From Octopus bimaculoides (Eukaryota), in NCBI RefSeq assembly GCF_001194135.2, contig NC_068990.1:4778015-4842014 (forward strand): a DNA stretch of 64,000 nt, written 5' to 3'. This document shows, one piece after another, positions 1 to 10,736 of this stretch. Numbering within the stretch: the first letter of the stretch is position 1; every line of letters starts with the position of its first letter. The translations under genes and the position numbers were made by a program. The notes under the pieces were generated by a model. It worked only from the letters and a program-made list of their open reading frames with translations, was not told the origin of the DNA and did not search any database.

Positions 1-34
1 ACAGGAACATTATGAAAGGAGAGGTAAAAAATTG

Positions 35-36
<2 letters not shown>

Positions 37-97
<61 letters not shown>
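37..97. repeat. (GA)n microsatellite
   Basis: Nearly pure GA dinucleotide run with a few GAAA interruptions. Confidence 0.95.
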
Positions 98-98
<1 letters not shown>

Positions 99-559
99 AG
101 ACAGAAAGAAACTGTGTTGAAGGGATGAAGATTATTTCATCTCTGTCATCCAGTATATGAAAAAATGAAAGTAATGGGTATCAAAATATAAGAAAACATA
201 AAATGGAATTAGCAGTAAGAACTATACCAATGCTGAACCAAGAGTATTAGGTCTACATTTCCAACTTTGAAAGATGAATCTATTTGTTTTCTGATAACTA
301 CAATGTTATTCTCCCTATATGTCACATGAAAATATATGGCTGGATCAGTTTTACATAGGAATAAGAATAAACATATATTCTGTTAAAGATATAACAGTAT
401 TAAATAAGTAGTGAATTTGATAATGAAAATATCAGACTGAATGCTAAAAGGAATGGTTGATAGCAAACTAAAATGTAACTACAAAAGTCTTCAGAAGTAA
501 TGCTTTAGTATTAAAATGATAAAAGCTCTAGAGATATATGTAAAAGATGATAATAATAA

Positions 560-900
560 AAAGGGTGGATGACGAGATGTAATGTATCTTTGTTACAATA
601 TAGCCTGTCATCAATTCCAGGAAAATTGTATCATTATTAATATAGTGAAAGGTGAACATGAAAGAAGTTATGACTTTTGAAGGTGACTATTGAATAAATA
701 CAGGCTGTGAATAGAAAACAGTGAAACAGATCATTGTTTGCAATTTAGTGTAAAATAGTTGTTGGATTTCTTTTTGTGATGACATTTTGATCTTATTGTA
801 TTAAAAACATCTCAATGCAACCATAGGTTTAACAGCACTTTGGAAAAACATGAAAGATGAATAAAAATAAATTGTGAGATAAAACTACACTGGATAGACA
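560..900 (+). mobile_element. Highly decayed RTE-like LINE reverse-transcriptase debris
   Basis: Broken frames resemble the RT motifs NYRGISLLSIPGK (cctgtcatcaattccaggaaaattg = LSSIPGKL) and QAGFR..TxDxIFA (caggct...acagatcattgtttgca). Many stops and indels. Confidence 0.4.
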
Positions 901-1390
901 AATTTCATTGGAGAACAAATAGAAAAAAACATGTTGGGATTTTACATAGTGTATGCACAAAACTACTACTGCTCTAAAATACTATAATTCTCTCACCCCC
1001 AAAGCAACAACAACAACAACAAAATACATGTAATTTGATATAACCTATCACAGGGAGGAAAATGCTGACAATAATAGTTAAAAACTTTCACAAAGAAACC
1101 AAGGAACAACAAACCACTACTTGAGCTGCATAAAATGAAGATATATTGTGAAGATTGCATCATTTGTATCAATGAAGAAGAATAGCTGAGCTTAGAGAAG
1201 ATTTTGAGAATTAGGATGGTTGAGTGAGATTGCAGATTCTGAAAAATATTTTGTGTGGAGATTATTATAAAGTTGAGAACAATCAAGTCTGAAATTCTGG
1301 AATTACAAAAATTTCCCATTTTAAAAGAACTAATATTCTAGGTAACGTCTAGGTAGTACTTACTACTAACTGATAATAATAATAATAATA

Positions 1391-1568
1391 ATGAATCTTT
1401 CCACTATAGGCACAAGGTCTGGAATTTTAGAGGTGGTGGCTAGTCAAGTACATTGACCTCAGTGCTGAATTTGTACTTATTTAAGCAGAATTTGAACTTA
1501 GGATATAAAGCTGGAAGAAATGCTGCTATGCATTTTGCCTGGCATGCTAATGATTATGCCAGCTCACC
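1391..1568 (-). mobile_element. tRNA-derived SINE family B copy, internally deleted
   Basis: Reverse complement begins ggtgagctggcataatcattagcatgccaggcaaaatgc, matching the heads of the copies at 8961 and 9192. The central core is partly missing. Confidence 0.75.
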
Positions 1569-3639
1569 GAGCCAGAAATTTGCAAGGAAAGGAACAAGTC
1601 AACTGAATCAGCATAAATTTGACTGGCAACTTGTGTAGATTTGTGTTTGTAATGGCATTATGAGCTAATCTCCATCTTTTGTTTAAAATATATTTGTCGT
1701 TATATTTCTTGGTAATGCATGGCTGGCATTGTCTTGTTATATTTATGAAAGGCATACTATGTTCAATGGTTGACGAACTGATGCTGAAATGGTAAAAATG
1801 TTGTTCTTTCGAGTGCTCTACATATCTCAATAATATTGTGATACTCCTCCTGTCCTCATTACTGAAAAGATGCAGATAAATGAGAAAAGGAATTTCAAAG
1901 CTGTTTTTACTTATTCCAACATTATATATTAAGAAAGTCAGCTATAGCCCTAAGTATAAACTTAACAGGAGTTTTACTACTAAAAAATCACATCACCTTA
2001 ATAAAATCTGATTAGACCTGCTCAGTACCATAGCATTAGCTATTATTGTAGCAATGCAGGCAAGGCTCCTCCCCACAAATGAAACATGAAGACACCCTCC
2101 TTCACACAACAGGAAACAAGATAACATACAGTAGGCACACACCAACAAATATAACCATAGAAACTCAAATAACTTTTACTTAAACATACTAAATCATGTA
2201 ACAGAAAATTTGAGAATTATACTATTCATAAGAAATCACCAACCCTCTGTGATCTCAGTGAATAAACTATCACCAATATTGACACTAAAGCTTAATGACT
2301 TGAACAGCACAAAAAAAGAGATACCTTTTTTCCAGATACTTGTTAAATATACAGAAATTATCCCCCACCTACTGATAGGCAAAAATTTAAAAATTCTGTA
2401 CAAATAGAGCTGGAATATTGAAGAGACATGCCACATCTCTTCCTTCATCCTAATTGAAGCACACCTAAGCAATTTCCATCTGGATATTGAAATTAAAGTG
2501 ACAGACCTCATCATCATTTATTCACACAAGCCAAAAAAAAAAAAAAAAAATGAATGGTTGCTATTTTCCATGATTTCCTTGCTACATATTCAAGGAGTGC
2601 TTTTTCAATTGTACTGTGAATTTGTGTCTATGCAATAAGATTAATGATTCAATAATAACTGGACTCTATGGTCTCTGCTGTACTTCCATGACTGCCTGAA
2701 CAAAATGAAGTCCTTTCTTTAAAAATATAACTTAACATGTATATTAATGAAAGGCAACTTTCTTAATATGAATTGGCCAACAGATACTTTGAAATTAGGT
2801 AATTACATCTCAACTCCACATAAAGGAGCCTTTTTTCCCTCAGTCACAATCCATGTTTTAACCAATGAGCCACAACAATATTGTTTTGGACCAAGTGTTG
2901 TGAAAACACTCAAACATTATCCATGATAGCTCATTTGATAGAACTCCTCTTTCAGAACATGATACTGTACACTGCTATCTTAGATTGCAGATATTCAAAG
3001 CTAAACTAAGCACACTCATTTGACAGTATGAATCTGCTTATGCAAACTAGAGAACAATTTTATATGTCCTGTAACTTACCAACTTATCTTTTACACAGAT
3101 ACTTCTTCATATATAAAGTGACTCAGAAGGTGTTTGAGGATATAGTTACCAATATATGCCCAAGCCACACCACAAAACAACTTGCGAATAAAAACAGAAA
3201 TAGCAACTCAAGGGAAAGAAAAAACATCCCTAATTTGAAAAGTCAAATGATTGACACCTAGCACATTGATCAACTGTAACCAATGAACTTTCACTCATAA
3301 CTCAACTTCCTAACATTCCACCCATACCAAAAATTTTATCATTCCGTTGCAATTCCTTGGGTTCTTGGTACCTCACGTTATCATGGACACTCTCTCCACA
3401 ACCAGATGCAATCTATTAGCATCACTGCCTTGCTGACATTATGTACTCACCCTCCCAAAGTTTAGCTTCCCTTCCCCTCATCTTCCAACATGTGAATCAT
3501 CCTCTACAGTACATCCCTTCTTGCAACCTGTTTTCAATCATTCTTCTTTTATGTGAGTCTTCACTCCTATTCTTTAAAAGCAATAAAAAGTTATCCCATA
3601 TATATATCATCATCATCATCATCATCATTTTGGTTTAGC

Positions 3640-4283
3640 TCAGGTTTGGTCTTACTCCTGGTAGGATTTATGTGGGTAGCAGGTTACTACCTGTAACCTT
3701 AGGTATCCGCATATTTTCAGCAGTCTTTCAAATGCTTAGAACCCTTCTGATAAGTGGTGAAGCATGATCTTAGAACTTTGGGCCTCAGAGAGGCAATGAC
3801 TAGTGACGAGACCTTTGGCAATATGCCATACTTGAGAAGACCCATCAAACCATGTGAAACTGTAGTCATGGCCAATGCTGGTGTTGTGAAACTGGCATTT
3901 AAGAAGCACTTTTCGAGCACTGGACCTCACAGAGGCAAAGTGGCTGATGCCAGTGGCACGTGAAAAGCTCCTTTCGAGTGTTGGGCCTCATGGAGGCAAT
4001 GACAAATGACAGAAACCTTGGCATTATGTCGTGCTTGAGAAGAAGACCCATGAAGCCAAGTAAAATCACAGTCATGGCAGAAACTGGTGTCACACAAATG
4101 ACACCCATGCTGTTGGCACAGAAGCATCCATTACACTCTCAGAGTGGTTGGTGTTAGGAAGAGCATCCAGTTAGAGAAACCACGCCAAATCAGACTGGAG
4201 TCTGGGGCAGCCTTACAGCTTGTCAGCCCTGGCCAAACCATCCAGCCCATGCCAGAATGGTCAACAGACGTTAAATGATGATG

Positions 4284-4285
<2 letters not shown>
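3640..4285 (+). mobile_element. RTE-type retroposon 3' end or derived SINE (family A) with internal modular duplication and (GAT)n tail
   Basis: Ends ggtgttaggaagagcatccag...cccatgccagaatgg...acgttaaatgatgatgat, shared with 38280-38680, 54991-55151 and 63226-63268. An internal ~205-bp segment is duplicated. Confidence 0.7.
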
Positions 4286-4319
<34 letters not shown>

Positions 4320-4704
4320 NNNNNNNNNNNNNNNNNNNNNNNNNNNNNNNNNNNNNNNNNNNNNNNNNNNNNNNNNNNNNNNNNNNNNNNNNNNNNNNNN
4401 NNNNNNNNNNNNNNNNNNNNNNNNNNNNNNNNNNNNNNNNNNNNNNNNNNNNNNNNNNNNNNNNNNNNNNNNNNNNNNNNNNNNNNNNNNNNNNNNNNNN
4501 NNNNNNNNNNNNNNNNNNNNNNNNNNNNNNNNNNNNNNNNNNNNNNNNNNNNNNNNNNNNNNNNNNNNNNNNNNNNNNNNNNNNNNNNNNNNNNNNNNNN
4601 NNNNNNNNNNNNNNNNNNNNNNNNNNNNNNNNNNNNNNNNNNNNNNNNNNNNNNNNNNNNNNNNNNNNNNNNNNNNNNNNNNNNNNNNNNNNNNNNNNNN
4701 NNNN
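4286..4704. other. (TA)n microsatellite running into an assembly gap (N 4320-4704)
   Basis: Directly visible. Confidence 0.95.
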
Positions 4705-5227
4705 GTTGAAAATATATCAAATGAATAATATATTATTAAAAGTAACAAAAATATAGAAATAAATGATGTTATAATTCAATCATACTAACTACATCTATTT
4801 TCTTAGGTTGTACTAATAGATACATAAATACATAAATGATAATATAGAGACAGTAAAGCTATTTGAAATTCAATGAGGACATTATATGAATCAATAGATA
4901 AAAAGTTGCACTCATCAAAGCACAATTCGTGATTGACTAATGTTGCTACTTATTCAGCACTAAAATTACAAACGGTGCTTTAATGTTTACTTTTCCATAC
5001 TTGTATGGGTCAGATGGTATTCATTGAAGCAGATTTTCTATAGTTGGATGCCCTTCCTGTTTTCAGTCTTTACCTCTTTCCAAGCAAGGTCGTATTTCCC
5101 AGTGGCAGGACATAGTTTTATGGAATATTGAAAATGAACAACACTACATGCATGATGGTTATGCTTGTTCTACTCCTATCATGTGATGTCAAGAGAAGGA
5201 AACAGAAATACACACTCACACATGCAT

Positions 5228-5420
5228 ATACCAGCGTTATCATTTAGTGACAGTTTTCCGTGCTGGCATGGGTTGGATAGTTTAACAGGAACTGGCAAAC
5301 CAGTGGACTGTACAAAGCTCCAATGTCTACTTTGCATGGTTTCTATGGCTGGATACCCTTCTTAACACTTTGCAGAGTGTACTGGGTTCTTCTTACATGA
5401 CACTGGTATTAGTGAGGTCA
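5228..5420 (-). mobile_element. Family A RTE-type 3' fragment
   Basis: Plus strand reads ttccgtgctggcatgggttggat...ggctggatacccttc, the reverse complement of the family A terminus. Confidence 0.6.
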
Positions 5421-5560
5421 CCTACCAAATCCACCCACAAGGCTTTGGTCAGTTTAGGGGTATAGTAGAATGCACTTATTCAAGATGTGGTGTAGTGGAA
5501 CGGATCATGAAAGCATTTGGTTGGGAAGTAAGTGTCTTAACCACTTAGTTATGCCTGAGC
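5421..5560 (-). mobile_element. tRNA-derived CORE-type SINE (family C) head fragment
   Basis: ctaccaaatccacccacaaggctttggtc...atagtagaa...tggttgggaagtaag matches 37730-37893. Confidence 0.65.
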
Positions 5561-6596
5561 GAACAGCTATGCCTATCGCTATGTCTACAGCTATACCTAC
5601 AATATATATACACACACACATATACATACACATGATGTAGGGGGTTGGTATGGCTGTACCAACACACACACACACACACACACAAATGTGAAGAGAATGT
5701 ATTCTATGCATTACATAGAGTTCATTGTAACAACAATGGAGAAAAAAAAACTGATTTTATACTATGGTTAACCCAGCCTTAATGTTACTGTATCTTGCCA
5801 GGAATGTGAGACATTAAAACTTCAATTTTTAATCATCAATGTGTATTTGATTGCTTATTAAGATATCTGTATGCTATATAAAAATATGACAATATAAACG
5901 ATGTAGTACTGAGCACCATTTTTATCACTTTTAGTATTTTTGTATGATAGCATTAAATCTCTTTCTATGTTAACCAGTTAACAACAAGCCATTTGAAACG
6001 CTAAAGCTATTCACATTGGAATTAAGTGCCGTAGTTTAAGTTTTAATTTATCTACTTCACTTTGAACTTATGAATGTTTTACATTCAACATGAATCAATC
6101 CAAAACATCAAATATACATGTGTGTGTGTGTATGTGCGTGGTGTGTATGTGTGTGTGTGTATATATACATATATATATATGTGTGTGTGTGTGTGAATGT
6201 GTAAGTAGGTCTATATATCCCCATATTTGTGCAGTTGTTTTGCTTTCCCTTTCATACATTCACTAATGCTTTTTGTTGTCTAACAATTGTCTCCCTTCAG
6301 ATCACTTTTTGAATCCACGTTTCATACCTGATGGATCATACTGAACCCATTTTTTTTTGCAGCAGATCTTTTGTGTTCATTGCATGTGTCCCACAGCTAA
6401 CATCACACATACCAAAACAAAGTATAAAGCAAAAATAGTTTTAAAATATGAACAGTAAATCTAATTAAATAAAGTTTTTCTAATTTTATTTTAATCTTTC
6501 CTTTGTCTAAATGCATGTCACATCCATGACCATCTCACCCGAGGATTTTGGAAAAATAATGCTATAAATTAAATTAAATTGAATTCCCCCAAAATT

Positions 6597-6790
6597 TGAT
6601 TGTTGTTGTTCAGCCTCAAGTCAATCCTGATCAAGCAGATAAAAGATCAAAGAATTCCATCCCTTATAATCTGATCTTATTTTTCAGACAATTCACCCAA
6701 TACTAAATCATCTAATGTGCTCTTTCTTTAATGATGGTAGGTTGTGCTTTGATGATAATCTACTACTTCTAGCAAATTAAGACACAAGTG
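6597..6790 (+). repeat. Unclassified interspersed repeat (family D)
   Basis: ttgttgttcagcctcaagtcaatcctgatcaagcaga recurs in diverged form at 40711 (+), 31915 (+) and 30000-30060 (-). Confidence 0.5.
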
Positions 6791-6999
6791 TTGGTTTGAA
6801 TTTTGTTTGCTATGGCACAAACAGGAGCTACCCAGTCTTAACTGAATTTTTTTATTGCATTTAATTTAGCGCAGTAAATTACAGCCGTCTAACATTCCTA
6901 AAAAGGCCAAAATATCTAATGCATACTAAATAAATTGTTTAGTTAAAAAAAAAATGATAGAAAATGTATGTATTGCATGGGATGTTTTCTTAAGGTTTA

Positions 7000-7440
7000 G
7001 TGACAAAAAGTCTCCTCAAACCTTCAGCATCTTTTTTTAGGACTCACAGGATGGTACTTTTTTGTAGTTCAACAATGCATTCCACAATTCCAGTATCCTT
7101 CAGCCTCTTAGATATCAATATGAGCATTGTGCCAAGTGCACCAATTACCAAAGGAAGAATTGTCACCTTTGTCTTCTACAATCTCTTCATCTCTCTGACT
7201 AGGTCCTGATATTTCTCAATTTCTTTGATGCCCACTCTACTATCCTATGCTATCACAAGTCTGCTTTCCTCCACTGTTTATTTTTGTCCTTTATGATTAT
7301 ATTTGGCCTCTCTTTCAATAGTATGGTTAATCTTCATAGAGAAATCTAATAAAATTCTGTAATTACCATTCACCATCATGGCCTCTGGCTTGTGTTCATA
7401 CTACTTTTCTCACTTTGAATTCACAAACTTGGTTAACATT
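7000..7440 (-). mobile_element. R4/Dong-clade LINE 3' fragment (REL endonuclease region)
   Basis: Minus strand gives YEHKPE...IKEIEKYQDLVREMKRL.KTKVTILPLVIGALGT, the typical R4-clade C-terminus. Stops are present. Confidence 0.75.
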
Positions 7441-7477
7441 CCATTACCAACAAAATCATGCCTGCACTATTATTAAT

Positions 7478-7490
7478 ACTATTATTGTTA

Positions 7491-7527
<37 letters not shown>

Positions 7528-7552
7528 CATGATGATGATGATTATTATTATT
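7478..7552. repeat. (ATT)n/(ATG)n trinucleotide tract
   Basis: Directly visible. It lies between two R4-clade fragments. Confidence 0.9.
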
Positions 7553-7639
7553 GTTGCTTTACTTCTGAAATGCTTCGCCTTGTTTGAGAGCAGACAGCAG
7601 TCCATTGTCAAAGGTCTCACAAAGTCTCTTTCTGCACAT

Positions 7640-7965
7640 TATAAGCTTTGATACTTAGTTGTTAATTATCGAGAAAGATATTCAACATCCATGTACCAAT
7701 CTCAAAATCCTAGCTGTCCCCAACAGAGCAGTTTTTTGGGCTAGTTTTGCTCGTTTGTCAATTCTGATTTTTCTGACATGTATCTCGAACTTGGTTGCTA
7801 GTGCTCCAAGTACCCCTATAACTACTGGACTGACAGACATTTTCCTCACAGTGCAGCTTCTTGCAGTTTTATCTTTTAGTAGCCTGTACTTTTCAATTGT
7901 TTTTAGTTCCTTGTCACTTTAGGTATTGCAATATCTAAAATTTTGGTTTCCTGGATTGGCAAAAA
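7640..7965 (-). mobile_element. R4/Dong-clade LINE 3' fragment
   Basis: Minus strand gives ILDIAIP...KELKTIEKYRLLKD...VIGVLGALATKFE...AQKTALLGTARILRLV. Confidence 0.8.
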
Positions 7966-7984
7966 TCATTAGAATAAAACAGTT

Positions 7985-8168
7985 TGCAGCATTTCTTCCA
8001 GATCTTTATACTCTTAGATAAAATTCAGCCCGGTGCAACTTTATCTTTCATCCTTTCAGCATCAGTAAGATAGAGTACCACTCAAGTACTGGAGTTAAGA
8101 TCTTTACTAACATTCTCCTCTCAAAATTGCTGGTCTTCTGCCTAAATTACAAACTATTATTATTATTA

Positions 8169-8215
<47 letters not shown>
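7985..8215 (+). mobile_element. Degenerate SINE family B copy with (TTA)n tail
   Basis: Core ctttcatcctttcagc...gtacca and 3' end aaattgctggtc..., followed by (att)n at 8154-8215. Confidence 0.65.
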
Positions 8216-8233
8216 TTCCAGTCAGGAATTATC

Positions 8234-8486
8234 ATGGATAATTTCCAGATGTCCTTGACCTGGCAGTGCTACCACGGCGGGGATTGGGCACTACCAGTTT
8301 GAGATAAACTCTACAGGCATGGATGTGCTGTCAGATGGACTTGTCTAAGGTGTGCGCAGAGTGATGAAACAATTCCACATGTCCTTGTTCAGTGTCTGAG
8401 CATTGCTGACTTGAGGGGCTATGTTGAACAGCTGCTGTCACATGTGGGACAGATCCGTCTCTCAGCTGAGTCTGTAGTGATAGAGG
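8234..8486 (+). mobile_element. L1/Tx1-clade LINE ORF2 C-terminal fragment (CCHC zinc knuckle)
   Basis: Reads MDNFQMSLTWQCYH...ALPV*DKLYRHG...CLRCAQSDETIPHVLVQC, a C-x2-C-x8-H-x4-C motif, with one stop. Confidence 0.75.
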
Positions 8487-8489
8487 GTT

Positions 8490-8710
8490 CTATTTATCTA
8501 TCCTTTTGCCTTTCTTCTTGACTATTCATGGGTCAAAAGGGCATGCAATGTCAACTATATAGCATATGTTGTGCACCTTGTTCACCACCACAAGGTCTAA
8601 TCTGTTCTGCTTTAGCACCTGATCTGTTTGGATTGAGAAATCCTAGAGGATTTTGCTAGTCACCAACTCTGCCATTCTCTGTAGTTTGTGCTCATACCAC
8701 GTCTTGCCTC
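8490..8710 (-). mobile_element. R4/Dong-clade LINE REL-domain fragment
   Basis: Minus strand gives KTWYEHK...KIL*DFSIQTDQVLKQNRLDLVVVNK...CYIVDIACPFD. Confidence 0.8.
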
Positions 8711-8718
8711 TCTCTTAC

Positions 8719-9428
8719 CATTTTGGGGTCGATAGAATAAGTACCAGCTGAACACTGGGGTCAATGTAATCGACTAATCCCTCCCTACCAATAATCTATA
8801 ATGTCCTTTTCAAATCCCACTGAGGCCAACGTTGCCTTTCATCTTTTTGGGGTTGATAAATTAAGTACCAGATAAATTAAGTACCAGATAAATTAAGTAC
8901 CAGATAAATTAAGTACCAGATAAATTAAGTACCAGATAAATTAAGTACCAGATGAACACAAGGCAGCAAGCTGGCAGAATTGGTAGCATGCATCACAAAA
9001 TGCTTAGCAGCATTTTATTCTTCTTTACATTCTGAATTCACATTCTGCAGAGGTCGACTTTGCCTTCCATCCTTTCAGAATCAATAAATTAAGTACCATG
9101 AAACACTGGAATCGATGTAATCAACTTATCCCCTCCCCGAAATGGCTGCCCTTGTGGCAAAGTTTGGAACCATTAGTATCATCCTTATTATAAGATGGCA
9201 AAGCTGGCAGAGTCGTTAGCATACTGAGCGAAATGCTTAGCGACATTTCATCCATCTTTATGTTCTGAGTTCAAATTCTGATGAAGTCAACTTTGCCTTA
9301 CATCCTTTCAGGGTCGATAAAATAAGTACGAGCTGAACACTGGGGTTGATGTAATCAACTCATCTCTTCCCCCAAAACTGCTGCCTTTGTGGCAAAATTT
9401 GAAACCATTATTATTATTACTATTATTA
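8719..9428 (+). mobile_element. Head-to-tail cluster of four SINE family B units (two partial: 8719-8790, 8809-8960; two near full: 8961-9190, 9192-9428)
   Basis: The core gcctttcatcctttc(g)gggtcgataaa(a/t)taagtaccag is repeated in each unit. The two full copies have head ggcagcaagctggcagaat, a B-box-like gagttcaaatt/gaattcacatt, and a tta tail. Confidence 0.9.
8855..8950. repeat. Perfect 16-bp tandem repeat (GATAAATTAAGTACCA) x6
   Basis: Six exact consecutive units counted. The unit equals part of the SINE core. Confidence 0.98.
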
Positions 9429-9451
9429 TGGAATTATAGATTATAGATATA

Positions 9452-10736
9452 TCAGGTCATCCGATAAGTTCTGTCTGATTTAACCATTTTTAAAATTGAA
9501 TGAAATTTAATAGTATTTTAGAATGTCTAATAGAGTTAAAAATTATTTTTATGCATTTGTGTACATTTAAACTAATTAAATGTACACAATAATTTACAGA
9601 ATAATAGAATTAAAAATTTTTTGATTAAAACCCTTCTAACGTGGAAGTATCCAAAGAGTATTTGAGGCAGATAATGATTTATGAGTACAAAAAAGGAAAC
9701 TCTGCAGCCGAAGTGACTTGAAACATATACTCAGTTTATAGGAAAGAATGCTTGAATGAAAGAACTTGCAGAAGATGGTTTGCAAAATCCAGAAGTGGAG
9801 ATTTCAGCCTTGAAGATGAAGATCGAACAGGATGTCCAGTTGGGTTTGGTGATAAGTTCCTTGAGGCATTACTTGAAGAAAATCCGGCATTATCAGTTGA
9901 AGAATTGGCAATAAAGCTTAGTTCAAACCATACTACTGTTCATCGTCATCTTCAACAACTTGGAAAGCTTCCTAAACTTGGAAAATGGGTGTCTCATGAA
10001 TTGTTTGAAAGCAACCACAAATTCCGAGTTGACATCTGCTCTTCTCTCTATTCTCGTGAACTCATTTCACCCTTTTTGGATAGACTTGTGACTGATGATG
10101 AAAAATGGATTTTCTATCAAAATGTTAAACGTCGTAAACAGTGGCTTGGTAAAATGGAAAATGCTCAACCACAACCAAGAAGGGAACTTCATGGGAAAAG
10201 GTTCTTCTCTCTGGGATTGCAAAGGAGTAATTCACTTTGAATTGTTACCACCTAATGCAACAACCAATGCTCAAGTCTACTGTCAGCAATTAGAGAGTTT
10301 GAACCAAACTTTGAAGAAAAAAAGACCCTCTTTAGTGAATCAAAAAGGTGTGATGTTTCATCAGGACAATACGCGACCCCACACTACAAAGATCACATCA
10401 CAGAAGATCGAAGAGCTTGTTAGGGAAAAAATTCTTCATCCACCTTATTCTCCCGACCTTGCTCCTTCAGACTATCATTTGTTTCGTAGTTTACAGAATC
10501 ATTTAGGGGACATAACTTTCACAAACCAGGAGGAAGTCGAAACTGACATTTCAGAGTTCTTCGCTTTGAAACCAAAAGAGCTTTACATTGATGGGATTTA
10601 AAAGCTTGTAAATAGATGGAAGGAAGTCATAGATAATCAGGGAAAGTACATTGATGATTAAATTTCAATTAAGTATAACATTTGATCACTTGTTTTCTTT
10701 ATTCAAAATTCGGACAGAACTTGTGGGATGAGCTGA
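9452..10736 (+). mobile_element. Full-length Tc1/mariner DNA transposon (mariner, DD34D)
   Basis: TIRs tcaggtcatccgataagttctgtctga / reverse complement tcagctcatcccacaagttctgtccga match at 23 of 27 positions. TA flanks both ends (9450-9451, 10737-10738). Length is 1285 bp. Confidence 0.97.
9641..10661 (+). pseudogene. Inactivated mariner transposase
   Basis: Motifs ERTCRRWF, GKWVSHEL, VTDDEKW, HQDNTRPH and HPPYSPDLAPSDYHLF are present. Lesions: GTG at the start position, TGA at 9719, a deletion/frameshift near 10200-10215, and TAA at 10599. Confidence 0.95.

Noticed and set aside
1758-1861. Minus-strand 104-nt exon candidate (NEDRRSITILLRYVEHSK...)
   Set aside because: Splice signals are plausible, but there is no recognisable homology or partner exon. 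Such hits are expected by chance in AT-rich DNA.
4131-4756. ORFs spanning N gaps (also 21449-21862, 56514-56867)
   Set aside because: They are open only because of Ns and (TA)n.
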